DNA of 49,793 nt from Acidobacteriota bacterium (GCA_003224715.1 QHZP01000033.1:1-49793), one strand, 5' to 3'; counted from the stretch's first letter, positions 36,931 to 46,866 are shown. The notes: a model not told the origin generated them from the sequence alone. Translations and numbers: made by a program.

Positions 36931-37122
36931 ATGGGAGCGCGTTGTGATGTCTGTGGGAAGGGTCCTCTCTTTGGAAACAATGTCAGCCATGCGCACAACA
37001 TTACCAAGAGAAGATGGAATCCCAATCTCCAGCGGGTCCGGGTTATTATTAATGGCACTCATAGAAGAGCGCGCGTCTGCACTGCCTGCATTCGAACTGG
37101 GCGAGTGGTGAAATCCCACTAA
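36931..37122 (+). CDS. rpmB: 50S ribosomal protein L28
   Basis: [41 protein letters not shown] lies upstream of the ATG. Confidence 0.93.
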   Translation: MGARCDVCGKGPLFGNNVSHAHNITKRRWNPNLQRVRVIINGTHRRARVCTACIRTGRVVKSH

Positions 37123-37339
37123 GCTCTCTACACTCCAGCAATGAATCCAGCGAGGTTTCACTTCAGTCGTGTCAGGTATCGTCCGCAGTTCTCCGAGCCA
37201 TTCCCTTGTGAAAATATCCTTCAGGGACTTGGGGTTTCTTGGTAGCCAAGAAGTTCGCGGTAAGAGTGCTCGTACCAGCCGGCTGATCCTGGCTATACAT
37301 CGTTCCATCCGTGTTGCCGCTCTTTGCAAAGATCACTGA

Positions 37340-39493
37340 TCATTGCCAGGCAATCTCATTTACGCCTTTAATTTTCTTGATCGAATTGACAGCCCGTTCC
37401 AGATGTTTCAGGTCCGAGATTTCGATCGTAACGTGAATCATTCCCTGGTGATCCTCGAAGGACTGGGCCTCGATATTCTTGATGTTGGTTTTGATATCCG
37501 AAATCGTTGAGGTAATTTCAGCCAGCATCCCCTGGCGGTCATCCACAGAAATAGAGAGTTTCACCGCATAGGAGTCTTCACCGGCACCCGTCCACTGAAC
37601 ATCGATTTTGCGGTCTGCTTCATAAAGCAGATTTCCCACATTAGCACAACGTTTGGCGTGAACAGCCACTCCTTTACCCCGGGTAATATAGCCGACTATT
37701 TCTTCTCCCCGAATCGGATTACAACACTTTGCCCGATACACCATGAGATCATTGATCCCCTTTACCTGGATGGTGGCATCAGATGAAATTCCAAATACTT
37801 TCTTGACTGCAGAAGTGAATTTGGTGATTCTTTCATCAGGGACTTCCTTAAGCTCTTCTTGGGGAACCAGCTTGCCTAGCAACACCCTGGCTGAAAGCTT
37901 GCCGAATCCCAAGGCCGAATAAACATCCTCTAATTTCGTACATCCATATTCTGGAGCTGCTTTGAGAAGCTGCCCTTCTTCCACTAATTTTTTCAAATTA
38001 ACCTTGAACTTTCTGGCTTCCTTCTCCAAAATCTTTTTGCCAATTTCGATAGAACGCTCTCTTTGGCTAACGTTAATAAAGTGCTTGATCTTATTTCGGG
38101 CTCGCGAGGTCCTGACAAAGGAAAGCCAGTCCCGGCTGGGTGTGTGCCCCACTTGAGTTTGGATCTCGACGATGTCGCCATTCTTGAGCTTGGATTTAAG
38201 CGGAACAATTCTTCCATTCACCTTGGCTCCAACGCAGGTATGTCCTACTTCCGTATGGATGGAATAGGCGAAATCGACGGCCGTTGCATCTCGAGGGAGG
38301 ATGATTACCTTGCCTTTTGGTGTAAAGGCATAAACCTCTTCTGGATATAAATCGATCTTCAACGTACTTAAGAAGTCGCTGGGATCCTGCATGTCCTGCT
38401 GCCATTCCACCAAATGGCGCAACCAAAGAAAACGTTGATCGTCTTTCTCATCCAATCCCCTGCCAGTTTTATATTTCCAATGAGCGGCAATGCCCTCCTC
38501 GGCAATGCGATGCATCTCCATGGTGCGGATTTGAACCTCAAAAGGTTGACCCTGTGGTCCAATGACCGAGGTATGAAGCGATTGATACATATTCGGTCGA
38601 GGAATAGCTATGAAGTCCTTTATTCTTCCAGGAACTGGTCTCCACAGGTTATGAATGATTCCCAGCGTGCCGTAACAGTCTCTTACAGTTCCGGTAATGA
38701 TCCGAACCGCCATAAGATCGTACACTTGCTCAATGGGAATCTTTTGTCTTTTGATTTTCTGGTAAACGCTATAGATTCTCTTGATCCTTGATTCCACAGT
38801 GCAAGGGATCTCATGCTCCTGCAGTTTTTGGCTGATAATTTCTTTAACTTCCTCCAAGAACTCTTCTTTCACTTTCCTCTTGCTTTCAATACCCTTTTCA
38901 ATTTCCTGGTATGCTTCGGGCTCCAAATAGCTAAAAGCTAGGTCTTCCAGCTCGCCCCGAATTTTCCCCATCCCCAGCCGATGAGCGATGGGAGCATAAA
39001 TCTCCATTGTCTCCTGTGCAATTCGGAGGCGCTTCTCCGCAGGCAGGTACTGCAAGGTCCGCATATTATGGAGACGATCCGCCAATTTTACTAAGACGAC
39101 CCGGATATCGTCGACCATGGCCAGGAACATCTTGCGAAAATTTTCAGCCTGCTGTTCTTCCTTAGAGTCGAACTGAAAGCGGCTGATCTTAGTAAGTCCA
39201 TTAACAATTTGGGCGATATCATTTCCAAAATATTCCTTAATTTTTTCGATTGGGGTCAAGGTGTCCTCCACAACATCGTGGAGAAATCCCACACTGACGC
39301 AGGCAGCATCCAATTTCATTTCCGCCAGGATTTTCGCTACCGCCAAGGGATGGTTCAAATAGGGTTCTCCGGATTGGCGCACCTGACCCCGATGCTCTTT
39401 GGCTGAAAACGCATAGGCTCGCCGGATAACCTCAAGGTCATCATTCGGATGGTACTTTTCCACCTTCGCCACAATGTCTTCGAGTCCCACCAT
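37340..39493 (-). CDS. rel: Bifunctional (p)ppGpp synthetase/hydrolase (RelA/SpoT homologue)
   Basis: HD hydrolase motifs HRGQVRQSGEPYLNHPLAV and HDVVEDT. Synthetase motif PRPNMYQSLHTSV. TGS and C-terminal ACT-like regions are present. Start placed at ATG 39493. Confidence 0.93.
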   Translation of the reverse strand: MVGLEDIVAKVEKYHPNDDLEVIRRAYAFSAKEHRGQVRQSGEPYLNHPLAVAKILAEMKLDAACVSVGFLHDVVEDTLTPIEKIKEYFGNDIAQIVNGLTKISRFQFDSKEEQQAENFRKMFLAMVDDIRVVLVKLADRLHNMRTLQYLPAEKRLRIAQETMEIYAPIAHRLGMGKIRGELEDLAFSYLEPEAYQEIEKGIESKRKVKEEFLEEVKEIISQKLQEHEIPCTVESRIKRIYSVYQKIKRQKIPIEQVYDLMAVRIITGTVRDCYGTLGIIHNLWRPVPGRIKDFIAIPRPNMYQSLHTSVIGPQGQPFEVQIRTMEMHRIAEEGIAAHWKYKTGRGLDEKDDQRFLWLRHLVEWQQDMQDPSDFLSTLKIDLYPEEVYAFTPKGKVIILPRDATAVDFAYSIHTEVGHTCVGAKVNGRIVPLKSKLKNGDIVEIQTQVGHTPSRDWLSFVRTSRARNKIKHFINVSQRERSIEIGKKILEKEARKFKVNLKKLVEEGQLLKAAPEYGCTKLEDVYSALGFGKLSARVLLGKLVPQEELKEVPDERITKFTSAVKKVFGISSDATIQVKGINDLMVYRAKCCNPIRGEEIVGYITRGKGVAVHAKRCANVGNLLYEADRKIDVQWTGAGEDSYAVKLSISVDDRQGMLAEITSTISDIKTNIKNIEAQSFEDHQGMIHVTIEISDLKHLERAVNSIKKIKGVNEIAWQ

Positions 39494-39540
39494 AATCAAT
39501 ATATTAATGGAAAGTGGTTTACCCGCGCAACAAGCCCATC

Positions 39541-39582
39541 AAATAAAAAGGCCTCTTGAGCGGTTGTCTCAAGAGGCTTTTA
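39541..39582 (-). terminator. Rho-independent terminator after the TPR lipoprotein gene
   Basis: GCCTCTTGAG / CTCAAGAGGC forms a 10-bp stem (39551-39560 / 39568-39577) with a 7-nt loop. On the minus strand it is followed by CTTTTTATTT. Confidence 0.7.
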
Positions 39583-39598
39583 ATGGAATAAACCGGGT

Positions 39599-40444
39599 CT
39601 ACTTGGAAGAATCTATGCCACCCTTGGTTTCAGCTTTTGACTCGACCTGCTTTTTGATCGCCATCGCCTTATCGAAACTGTCATCTGCCTTCTTAAGATA
39701 TCCTTCATACTCAGCAAACTGTCCGGGGATATTCTTCTTCACCAAGCCATCCAAAGACCTCGGGTCTAGAGCCGCCATGGTGAACTGGTCCTTAAGCTTG
39801 GGATTCTTTTCCACAACTTCATCGATAATGACCTGGGCTTTCTGCCTGTAAAGCAGGTTCACATAAAAATAGGCATTGTAATAATTAGGCTGTACTTCGA
39901 CGGCCTTATCGAGGTATTTTAACCCTTCCTCAACCAATTCTGCCTTGCGCGCCACCGGTATCGGATTCTGTTTGTCATAGCACACCATCCAGTTAACCAA
40001 TCCTACGCTATAATAGGGCTCCGGGTTGTTGGGCTCTAGTTCTGCCGTTTTCATATAATACTCTTTGGCCTTGTCAAGCTGCTTCATTTGAAAATAGATT
40101 CCCGCAATTCCCTTAACTGAGCCAAGGTTTTTGGGATCTTTTTGAAGCACGACTTCAAAAGCATTAATCGCATCCTCCCCAATTTTCTTATTTTCTTCGG
40201 ATTCCCCTCCAGGCACATATTGGGCGGCGTACGCAGTCGCCAGGTAAAGATGAGCGTTCAACAGATCCGGGTCCAGATCAACAGCCGATTTAAAGTGCTC
40301 CACAGCCGTTTCGTATTTGGCATCCTTAAAAGATCGAACCCCCTTGTTTAGTTCGTCGCGGGCCCTCAGTTTGGTGCACCCTTCCAAGCCGGAAATGGCA
40401 AGCAACGCCAGAATCCACGCCATCAACTTACATCTGAACTTCAT
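39599..40444 (-). CDS. TPR-repeat putative lipoprotein
   Basis: Start placed at ATG 40444, preceded by GGAGG. Signal peptide MKFRCKLMAWILALLAISGLEGC has a slightly atypical lipobox Cys. TPR units follow (YETAVEHFKSAVDLDPD, LDKAKEYYMKTAELEPNN). Confidence 0.75.
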   Translation of the reverse strand: MKFRCKLMAWILALLAISGLEGCTKLRARDELNKGVRSFKDAKYETAVEHFKSAVDLDPDLLNAHLYLATAYAAQYVPGGESEENKKIGEDAINAFEVVLQKDPKNLGSVKGIAGIYFQMKQLDKAKEYYMKTAELEPNNPEPYYSVGLVNWMVCYDKQNPIPVARKAELVEEGLKYLDKAVEVQPNYYNAYFYVNLLYRQKAQVIIDEVVEKNPKLKDQFTMAALDPRSLDGLVKKNIPGQFAEYEGYLKKADDSFDKAMAIKKQVESKAETKGGIDSSK

Positions 40445-40792
40445 CGAGTTCCTCCAGGCACCAGTAATGTTAATGTTCACGCAGGTTGAATCGATTGCCA
40501 GGCAAAACGCCCACAAAAGGCAAATTAACCGTAGAAATGGGTCCCAGAACATCCATTACCTGCAACAGTCTCATAGCGCATGAGTTTTTTAGCGTTGTGT
40601 ATTAGATTTGCAATTACAATTCCTAGCCTACCCCTCACCAGTTTCCGCGAGCACCACTCTCCTGACGAGGCAAGTGGAGCCCAATTGGCAAACTCTTTCA
40701 GAGACACAACGCCAGCACTGACCTCCAGAATATGACCCGCGCCGTATACTCGATCCTGCAGCTCTCCCTTGAAGTAGTTGGCAGGCCGGGAG

Positions 40793-41221
40793 TCATTTTC
40801 CAGCTTGGATTTTCTCCGTGATCAGGCCAATCTTGTCCACCCCTACGCCCCTCGCAATATCGATGACATCGGCTACATCATTGAATTGTAACTCCGTGTC
40901 ACCTTGAATGAACATGGTCCTTTCGTTCCGAGTCTTGAATATTTCCGCGAGCCGATCGCCGAGCATTCTCTTATCAATCGACTCCTGGTTAATTTTCACT
41001 GCCCTATCTCTGTCGATTGAGACCACAATGGTTCGATTTATAATGTCCGGATCGGGCGGCGGGGCGCCTGGCGGCGGGGGCTGTGGGATCTGAGCGTCCA
41101 ATCCTCTTTGAATTGGCGGGTTGATCACCATGAAGATAATGATCAGAACAAGGAGGACATCGATCAAAGGGGTCACATTAATATCTGCCTTTGGACCGCC
41201 GCCTCCGACGGCAATTGCCAT
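40793..41221 (-). CDS. exbD: Biopolymer transport protein ExbD/TolR (second copy)
   Basis: ADINVTPLIDVLLVLIIIFMV. Start placed at ATG 41221, 6 nt after GGGAGG. The ORF is open to ATG 41236. Confidence 0.88.
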   Translation of the reverse strand: MAIAVGGGGPKADINVTPLIDVLLVLIIIFMVINPPIQRGLDAQIPQPPPPGAPPPDPDIINRTIVVSIDRDRAVKINQESIDKRMLGDRLAEIFKTRNERTMFIQGDTELQFNDVADVIDIARGVGVDKIGLITEKIQAGK

Positions 41222-41246
41222 AACAATACCTCCCATTTCAGATTCG

Positions 41247-41690
41247 CTATTGAGCAGACCGCTCTTCTACCTTGGCAGTCAATAAACCCAAGGCATCCAC
41301 ACCTGAAGCCCGCACAATGTCTACAACGTCCACCACTTCGCCATAGCGGGCGCGCCGATCACTTCTAATGTAGACCGTTTTGTCTACCTTGGCCGTCAAC
41401 ATATCCTTTACTTTCTCTGAGAGCTTGTCTTTCTTCTCGACCAGCTCATCGCGTAAGAAAATCTTGCCATCTCGGGTTACAGCGACAATAATCGCGTCAT
41501 CTCGATCCGCTTCTTTCATCTCCCGCGGGTTTCTGGTCTTGGCAAGGTCCACGCTGACCCCTTTCTGCAGGAGAGGGGTGACCACCATAAAGATGATAAG
41601 CAGCACCAACATGATGTCCACCATGGGTGTCACATTAATGTCGGCGATGGCTTTCCCGGCAGCAGTTTCGCCTCCGTTTGACATTGCCAT
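41247..41690 (-). CDS. exbD: Biopolymer transport protein ExbD/TolR (first copy)
   Basis: ADINVTPMVDIMLVLLIIFMV. The start overlaps the exbB stop by 1 nt. Confidence 0.9.
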   Translation of the reverse strand: MAMSNGGETAAGKAIADINVTPMVDIMLVLLIIFMVVTPLLQKGVSVDLAKTRNPREMKEADRDDAIIVAVTRDGKIFLRDELVEKKDKLSEKVKDMLTAKVDKTVYIRSDRRARYGEVVDVVDIVRASGVDALGLLTAKVEERSAQ

Positions 41691-42397
41691 TATTTTCTAC
41701 TCCCTCTCCGTTTCAGGAAATAATCAATTAACTCCGACGAAGAATTATTCATTTCCACACCGAAGGACTCAATTTTGCTGTTGAAGTAGTTGTACATCCA
41801 AACAGCCGGAACTGCCACAAACAGCCCAAAGGCGGTAGTGATGAGCGCTTCTGAAATACCTCCTGCCACAGCCGAGAGACCGGCCGACTTTTCTGTCGAC
41901 ATTCCTTGGAACGCATTAATGATCCCCACTACCGTTCCAAATAAGCCCACAAAAGGAGCGGTACTTCCAATCGTCGCCAATCCACTGATACCCCGCTTCA
42001 ATTCGGCGTTGGTAATGGCAGTAGCCCGTTCCAGGGCTCGCTTGGAGGCTTCAATCGCTTCCCCCGGTATTTCTGCGCTGGCTTGATGGGCCTGAAACTC
42101 CTGCAACCCTGCAACCACTACTTTGGCTAAATGACTTTTCCTATTCTGTTCGGAAACATTGATGGCTTCATCAATCTTGCCCTCTTTCAGGCATCCAGCC
42201 ACCAAAGGAGCGAATTCGCGGGAAGCCAACAATCGGTCAATCATCACTCCAATAGACCAAGCGGACATGATCGCAAGAATGATGATGACGGTTTTGGCGG
42301 CAGGGCCAGACTGAGCCCACATTGACCTTATGTCAAACCCCACCCCCACTTCACCTTGCAACAACGTGACGGCAAGTAAATTCAAATGAACCAGCAT
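41690..42397 (-). CDS. exbB: MotA/TolQ/ExbB proton-channel protein
   Basis: Three TM segments and the conserved LATIGSTAPFVGLFGTVVGIINAF motif. Confidence 0.9.
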   Translation of the reverse strand: MLVHLNLLAVTLLQGEVGVGFDIRSMWAQSGPAAKTVIIILAIMSAWSIGVMIDRLLASREFAPLVAGCLKEGKIDEAINVSEQNRKSHLAKVVVAGLQEFQAHQASAEIPGEAIEASKRALERATAITNAELKRGISGLATIGSTAPFVGLFGTVVGIINAFQGMSTEKSAGLSAVAGGISEALITTAFGLFVAVPAVWMYNYFNSKIESFGVEMNNSSSELIDYFLKRRGSRK

Positions 42398-42560
42398 GAC
42401 GGAAAGATCCTCCTCTTTGTTGATTTTTTGGTCTTAAAGCAAAGTCCAACTGGACTTCGATGTTTAGTTTATTTCTTGGGCCACTTCGCGTGCCGAGTCA
42501 ATTGGCCCGGCAACAAGGGCTCTGGGGGAGCCCCCCGTACGGCTGAACCATTCACAGATA

Positions 42561-43313
42561 TCAACCACTCAAATTGAAATTCACGGTCACAGTGGTTACG
42601 ACTTCCACAGGCTCTCCGTTCAGCAAGGTCGGTTTGTATTTCCACTGCTTAACCGCATCCAGGGCTGCCTGAATCAGCAAGGGATGACCGCTGATAACTC
42701 GCAAGTTTTCGACGGAGCCTTGCTTGCTGATGACAGCTTCAAGAACTACGGTGCCTTGGATACGAGCCTGCTTAGCCAAAGGCGGGTAAGGAGGCTTCAC
42801 TTGACGGATCAAGTTGGCTTGCTGAACGTTTCCCCCCACTCGAACCCGCTGTGGCGGCTTCGCTGCCGGTGGTGGCGGTGGCGGAGGTGCCACTGAAGGA
42901 GCTCCTCCAATCACTCCACCGAGGACGCCGCCGATCTGTCCGCCCGGGACGCCGCCGGGAACGCCGCCTACGACACCACCCACCGCGGCTTCCGGCGGTG
43001 GCCCCTCATCTACGATTTGAGTGACTGTTTTGGGAATCTCCACCGGAGCGCGAAAGGTGCCGTCGTCGACTACTCGTTTCACAACCTTTTGCACAACAGC
43101 AGGCGGTGGCGGCGGTGGTGGCGGCGGCGGCGGCGGCGGGGCTACCAAGAACGTGAGCTGCTGCATGGAGCCAGACAGGGTCTCAGGAAACAACAGTGGG
43201 ATGATGATCAAAACCACGATCAAGACGACGTGAATAATAATCGACAAGGTAATGGTTAGCGGCTTTTTGGTTTTATCCTCTTCGTCGCCTGACTCAAGGA
43301 GATGGTCAAACAT
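42561..43313 (-). CDS. tonB: Energy transducer TonB
   Basis: N-terminal anchor, poly-Pro and Gly-rich spacer, and C-terminal domain PPYPPLAKQARIQGTVVLEAVISKQGSVENLRVISG...AALDAVKQWKYKP. Confidence 0.9.
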   Translation of the reverse strand: MFDHLLESGDEEDKTKKPLTITLSIIIHVVLIVVLIIIPLLFPETLSGSMQQLTFLVAPPPPPPPPPPPPPAVVQKVVKRVVDDGTFRAPVEIPKTVTQIVDEGPPPEAAVGGVVGGVPGGVPGGQIGGVLGGVIGGAPSVAPPPPPPPAAKPPQRVRVGGNVQQANLIRQVKPPYPPLAKQARIQGTVVLEAVISKQGSVENLRVISGHPLLIQAALDAVKQWKYKPTLLNGEPVEVVTTVTVNFNLSG

Positions 43314-43495
43314 TTTCTTGGACCTCCCTTCTATAAGGTATTCTTTGAAATTTCTACTTCTGCGTTTTCAAATTCTATTGGCTAAGCTGAATTTTGATAA
43401 CTTTGGTCTGAATTTTGAAAAAAAATCAAGATTTTTCTATTTACGCAGAAATTTAACACAAAACGACTTCCAAAGCTATAGAGTCAAACAAATTT

Positions 43496-44695
43496 TTAGG
43501 CCCTGGCCAAAGCCTTCTTTCTGTTCCGATAGTCGTACCAAATCACCAGTAAAGGACTGGCAATTGCAATGGAGGAGTAAGTACCAATAATAATACCAAC
43601 TACCATGGCAAACGCAAACCCATGAATGACCTCTCCTCCAAATAAGTAAAGGGATACAACGGTCACGAAGGTCAACCCAGAGGTCAAAATCGTTCGGCTT
43701 AACGTCTGATTGATACTTTTGTTAATGACCGATGTCAACGGCTCTCGGCGCAAGAGCTTCAGGTTTTCCCGAATTCTGTCAAAAACCACAATCGTGTCAT
43801 TCATTGAGTATCCAACCAGGGTTAAGAGGGCCGCTATCACAGTGAGAGAAATCTCCTTATCCAGGAAGGAGAAAAAGCCCAAGGTGATAATGACATCGTG
43901 GAACACAGCCACAACCGCAGCCGTTCCATAAACGGTTCCCTTAAATCTCCAGGCGATATAAACCAGCATACCTCCCAAGGCATACAGGGTGGCCGAGACG
44001 GCTTGCTGCTGGAGGTTCTTGCCTACCTTGGCACCGACGATTTCGGTACTGATCACCGCAAACTCACCCAGGTAGAACTTCTGTTTGAGGGAGCCCAAAA
44101 TCTCATCAGAAATGCCCGGGATAGCTCTCAGCTCGTCAAAACTGTTTATTAGCCCTCCGTGGCTGGTCCGATACTGGATGATCAAACTGGCGAGATCCTG
44201 AATACTCTTCAATTGTGGCCGACCACTCTTCTGTAGAGCCGCGGTCAGACCAGGCTGCCCGACCAGCAGACCTTCTAAAGAAGAGGCCGTCCGGATATTG
44301 TTTAAATCCAACTTTCCCTGTTGGGCTTCCGGCGGACGAAAATTCAGATTCAAGGTCTCCTCAATAGTCCGCCGACCCAAGTCCAATTCGCCTCCACTCT
44401 CGGTGGCCCTTTGCTCCAGACTGATAATGAACTGGTGGTCGGTTTCCGGACCATAGCGCTGGATGGTATTTTCACCCAATCCCTTCTGCTTCAGGGCGCC
44501 GCGAATCAAGTCAAGTTGGGGAGCATTGCGAAACTTGACATATACTAAGGTCCCACCGCGAAAATCAATTCCATATCGGGGTCCACCTTTGATCGCCAAC
44601 GAAACAATGCTGGCTATAAAAAGTAGAAAAGACGCCCCGATAAACTGCCACTTCTTTCCGATCCAATCGACATTTACATTCTTGAATAACTGCAT
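43496..44695 (-). CDS. secF: Protein translocase subunit SecF (with an extra ~90-aa periplasmic insertion)
   Basis: GIDFRGGT, and the conserved C-terminal half DVIITLGFFS...GYSMNDTIVVFDRIRENL. At 399 aa it is longer than the ~320 aa E. coli SecF. Confidence 0.92.
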   Translation of the reverse strand: MQLFKNVNVDWIGKKWQFIGASFLLFIASIVSLAIKGGPRYGIDFRGGTLVYVKFRNAPQLDLIRGALKQKGLGENTIQRYGPETDHQFIISLEQRATESGGELDLGRRTIEETLNLNFRPPEAQQGKLDLNNIRTASSLEGLLVGQPGLTAALQKSGRPQLKSIQDLASLIIQYRTSHGGLINSFDELRAIPGISDEILGSLKQKFYLGEFAVISTEIVGAKVGKNLQQQAVSATLYALGGMLVYIAWRFKGTVYGTAAVVAVFHDVIITLGFFSFLDKEISLTVIAALLTLVGYSMNDTIVVFDRIRENLKLLRREPLTSVINKSINQTLSRTILTSGLTFVTVVSLYLFGGEVIHGFAFAMVVGIIIGTYSSIAIASPLLVIWYDYRNRKKALARA

Positions 44696-44854
44696 TATCG
44701 ATAAATCTCCTCAGAGCGGCGGGCACGAATCAGGGCGACTCGTTATCACCATTGCCATTAGACACCTATCACTTCAAAAAGTTCCCAACCGGATGATTTT
44801 TTCGGGCCAGTGCAGACTTAAATTGGCGATGGCCACAGCCTGACGACCAACCAG

Positions 44855-46456
44855 CTAGATACTCAACTTTTCATAACGGGGCGAGCCACTCAACACATAA
44901 TCAAAGAGCACTTTCGACACAAAAACTGACGTGAACAGATTTGCCAATAATCCCCAAAAAAGAACCACTGCAAATCCCTTAACAGGCCCGGTCCCAAATA
45001 TAAACAAGAACAGTACTGAAACAACTGTGGTGACATGCGTATCAATAATAGTCACGAAGGCTTTTGAAAACCCCGTATTGACAGCTGAAACCACATTTTT
45101 GCCGCCCCACAATTCCTCACGAATTCGCTCGAAAATCAGGACATTCGAATCAACCGCCATACCAATCAACAAAACAACCCCTGCTATTCCAGGTAAGGTC
45201 AAGGTCGCCTGGATATAGGCTAATGAGGCCACCAGAATAATCAAATTCAAGATGAGAGCGACAATAGCGTTTACCCCCGACAACTTGTAGTAGAACAGCA
45301 TAAAAAGGATGACGATGGCCAATCCCACCAGCGATGCCAGGACGCCGTGGCGGATGGAGTCGGCGCCGAGAGATGCCCCCACGGTTCGCTCTTCGAGATA
45401 AATCATGCGTGCAGGCAGGGCTCCGGACCGCAAAACCAATGCCAGGTCGTTGGCCTCTTCAAGGGTAAAGCTCCCGGTAATTTGTCCAGAGTCTGTAATA
45501 CGACCGTTGATGCGTGGGGCAGACTTCACTTTTCCATCCAATATAATCGCCAAGGCCTTGCCCACGTTTTCTTCCGTGACTCTGCCAAATCGCGCGGCCC
45601 CGTCGACAGTGAGGTTGAAACTCACTATGGGCTTCCCAAACTCGTCACTTGTGGGACGAGCCGTTCTCAGGTCTTTTCCAGTAATAGCTGCGACTTTATT
45701 AACAAGGTACCATTCTTCTCCAGATTGAGAAGGATCGTTCAATCTTCTGACCGATGGCAATAATTCCTTTCCTTCCGGTACCGAACCATTAAATTGGCTG
45801 AGCGCCGCCTCCCGCGAAGGGAAAGGACCGTAGCCCGGTTCTACGATCTTCAGTTCCAACAGGGCTGTCGATTTGATGATGTCTTTCACCCGGGACGGAT
45901 CATCCACACCCGGCAGTTGGACCAGGATTTGGTATTCACTGGCAACCCCGTGCTCCTGGATTATGGGTTCCGTCACTCCCAACTGATCCACACGGTTGCG
46001 AATCGTTTGAATAGCCTGCTGCACCGAGCTGGCTCTAATCTGCTGTTCCACACTGGACCTCAAGGTGAGGAGATAAGAATTAGGAACTTCTGGCAAAGTG
46101 GACCGATCCCAGTACTGGAAATTCTCATCAATCAGGGCACGCGTCTCAGAGGTCTTTTGGGGGTCGACTTCACGAATTTCTATATGTTTGAAATCCCGCT
46201 TGCGCACCTCCGAAAAGGAAATTTGCCGTAAACGTAACTCTTCCTTGATCCTCTCAACTGCCTGGTCGGTCTCCATATTCACGGCGTCGTCCGTCACCAC
46301 CTGCAGGATCATGTGAATTCCCCCTCTCAAGTCCAAGCCCAAATGAATTCTTTCCTTCATATTGGCTAGTTTCGGAGGAAATCCGGCGAATCCCGCAATG
46401 CAGGCGAGGGTCACGACAGCGATAAATAGTAGTTTCCAGCGGAGATTCTTACGCAT
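44855..46456 (-). CDS. secD: Protein translocase subunit SecD
   Basis: LGLDLRGGIH, and the C-terminal TM bundle GIAGVVLLIGMAVDSNVLIFERIREE. Confidence 0.93.
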   Translation of the reverse strand: MRKNLRWKLLFIAVVTLACIAGFAGFPPKLANMKERIHLGLDLRGGIHMILQVVTDDAVNMETDQAVERIKEELRLRQISFSEVRKRDFKHIEIREVDPQKTSETRALIDENFQYWDRSTLPEVPNSYLLTLRSSVEQQIRASSVQQAIQTIRNRVDQLGVTEPIIQEHGVASEYQILVQLPGVDDPSRVKDIIKSTALLELKIVEPGYGPFPSREAALSQFNGSVPEGKELLPSVRRLNDPSQSGEEWYLVNKVAAITGKDLRTARPTSDEFGKPIVSFNLTVDGAARFGRVTEENVGKALAIILDGKVKSAPRINGRITDSGQITGSFTLEEANDLALVLRSGALPARMIYLEERTVGASLGADSIRHGVLASLVGLAIVILFMLFYYKLSGVNAIVALILNLIILVASLAYIQATLTLPGIAGVVLLIGMAVDSNVLIFERIREELWGGKNVVSAVNTGFSKAFVTIIDTHVTTVVSVLFLFIFGTGPVKGFAVVLFWGLLANLFTSVFVSKVLFDYVLSGSPRYEKLSI

Positions 46457-46566
46457 GAGTCCGATACCTCATCCCTATTTCCAAATCCATATTCCTTTCC
46501 TTCATTTTGACTAAACGAACGCAACAGAAATCTGTCGAGTCCAGGAACCGGTGTCGCCAGCCTGTG

Positions 46567-46866
46567 CTAATCTTCCGCCTGCTTGGCGACGATCGCGTTC
46601 TTGGATATTTCAATTTTAACCTGGTCCGCTATCTTCAGCTGAATCCGGTCGTCCTTGATCCCAGACACCACCCCATAGATCCCTCCCGAGGTAATGACTT
46701 TGTCACCATTCTTCAAATTCCTTAACATGTCTTGCAGAGCCTTCTGCCGCTTCTTGTTGGGCAGAAAAACGATGAAGTAAAAAATAAGGGCAATCGCAAT
46801 AAGGGGCAAGAATTGCAGAAAAGGACTCGCTTGCCCATTGGCTCCCAATAGCGCCAGGGGTGACAT
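46567..46866 (-). CDS. yajC: Preprotein translocase subunit YajC
   Basis: 99 aa, single TM helix, LKNGDKVITSGGIYGVV motif. It sits between tgt and secD. Confidence 0.9.
   Translation of the reverse strand: MSPLALLGANGQASPFLQFLPLIAIALIFYFIVFLPNKKRQKALQDMLRNLKNGDKVITSGGIYGVVSGIKDDRIQLKIADQVKIEISKNAIVAKQAED

Noticed and set aside
36820-37329. 169-aa minus-strand ORF overlapping rpmB. Similar long antisense or overlapping ORFs occur at 7794-8243, 9909-10370, 17446-17895, 20374-20877, 30085-30561, 34735-35241, 41380-41784, 45347-46231, 47214-47693, 48486-48866 and 48879-49511.
   Set aside because: Each lies opposite or out of frame to a gene with unmistakable conserved motifs. Their compositions (Arg/Ser/Pro/Gly-rich, no motifs) are typical shadow frames.
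42840-43150. Runs of GGC/GGT/GGG triplets (e.g. ggcggtggcggcggtggtggcggcggcggcggcggcgg) that look like a tandem repeat array.
   Set aside because: They encode the poly-Pro and Gly-rich spacer of TonB on the minus strand. This is not a CRISPR array or a non-coding satellite, although the tract could be slippage-prone.
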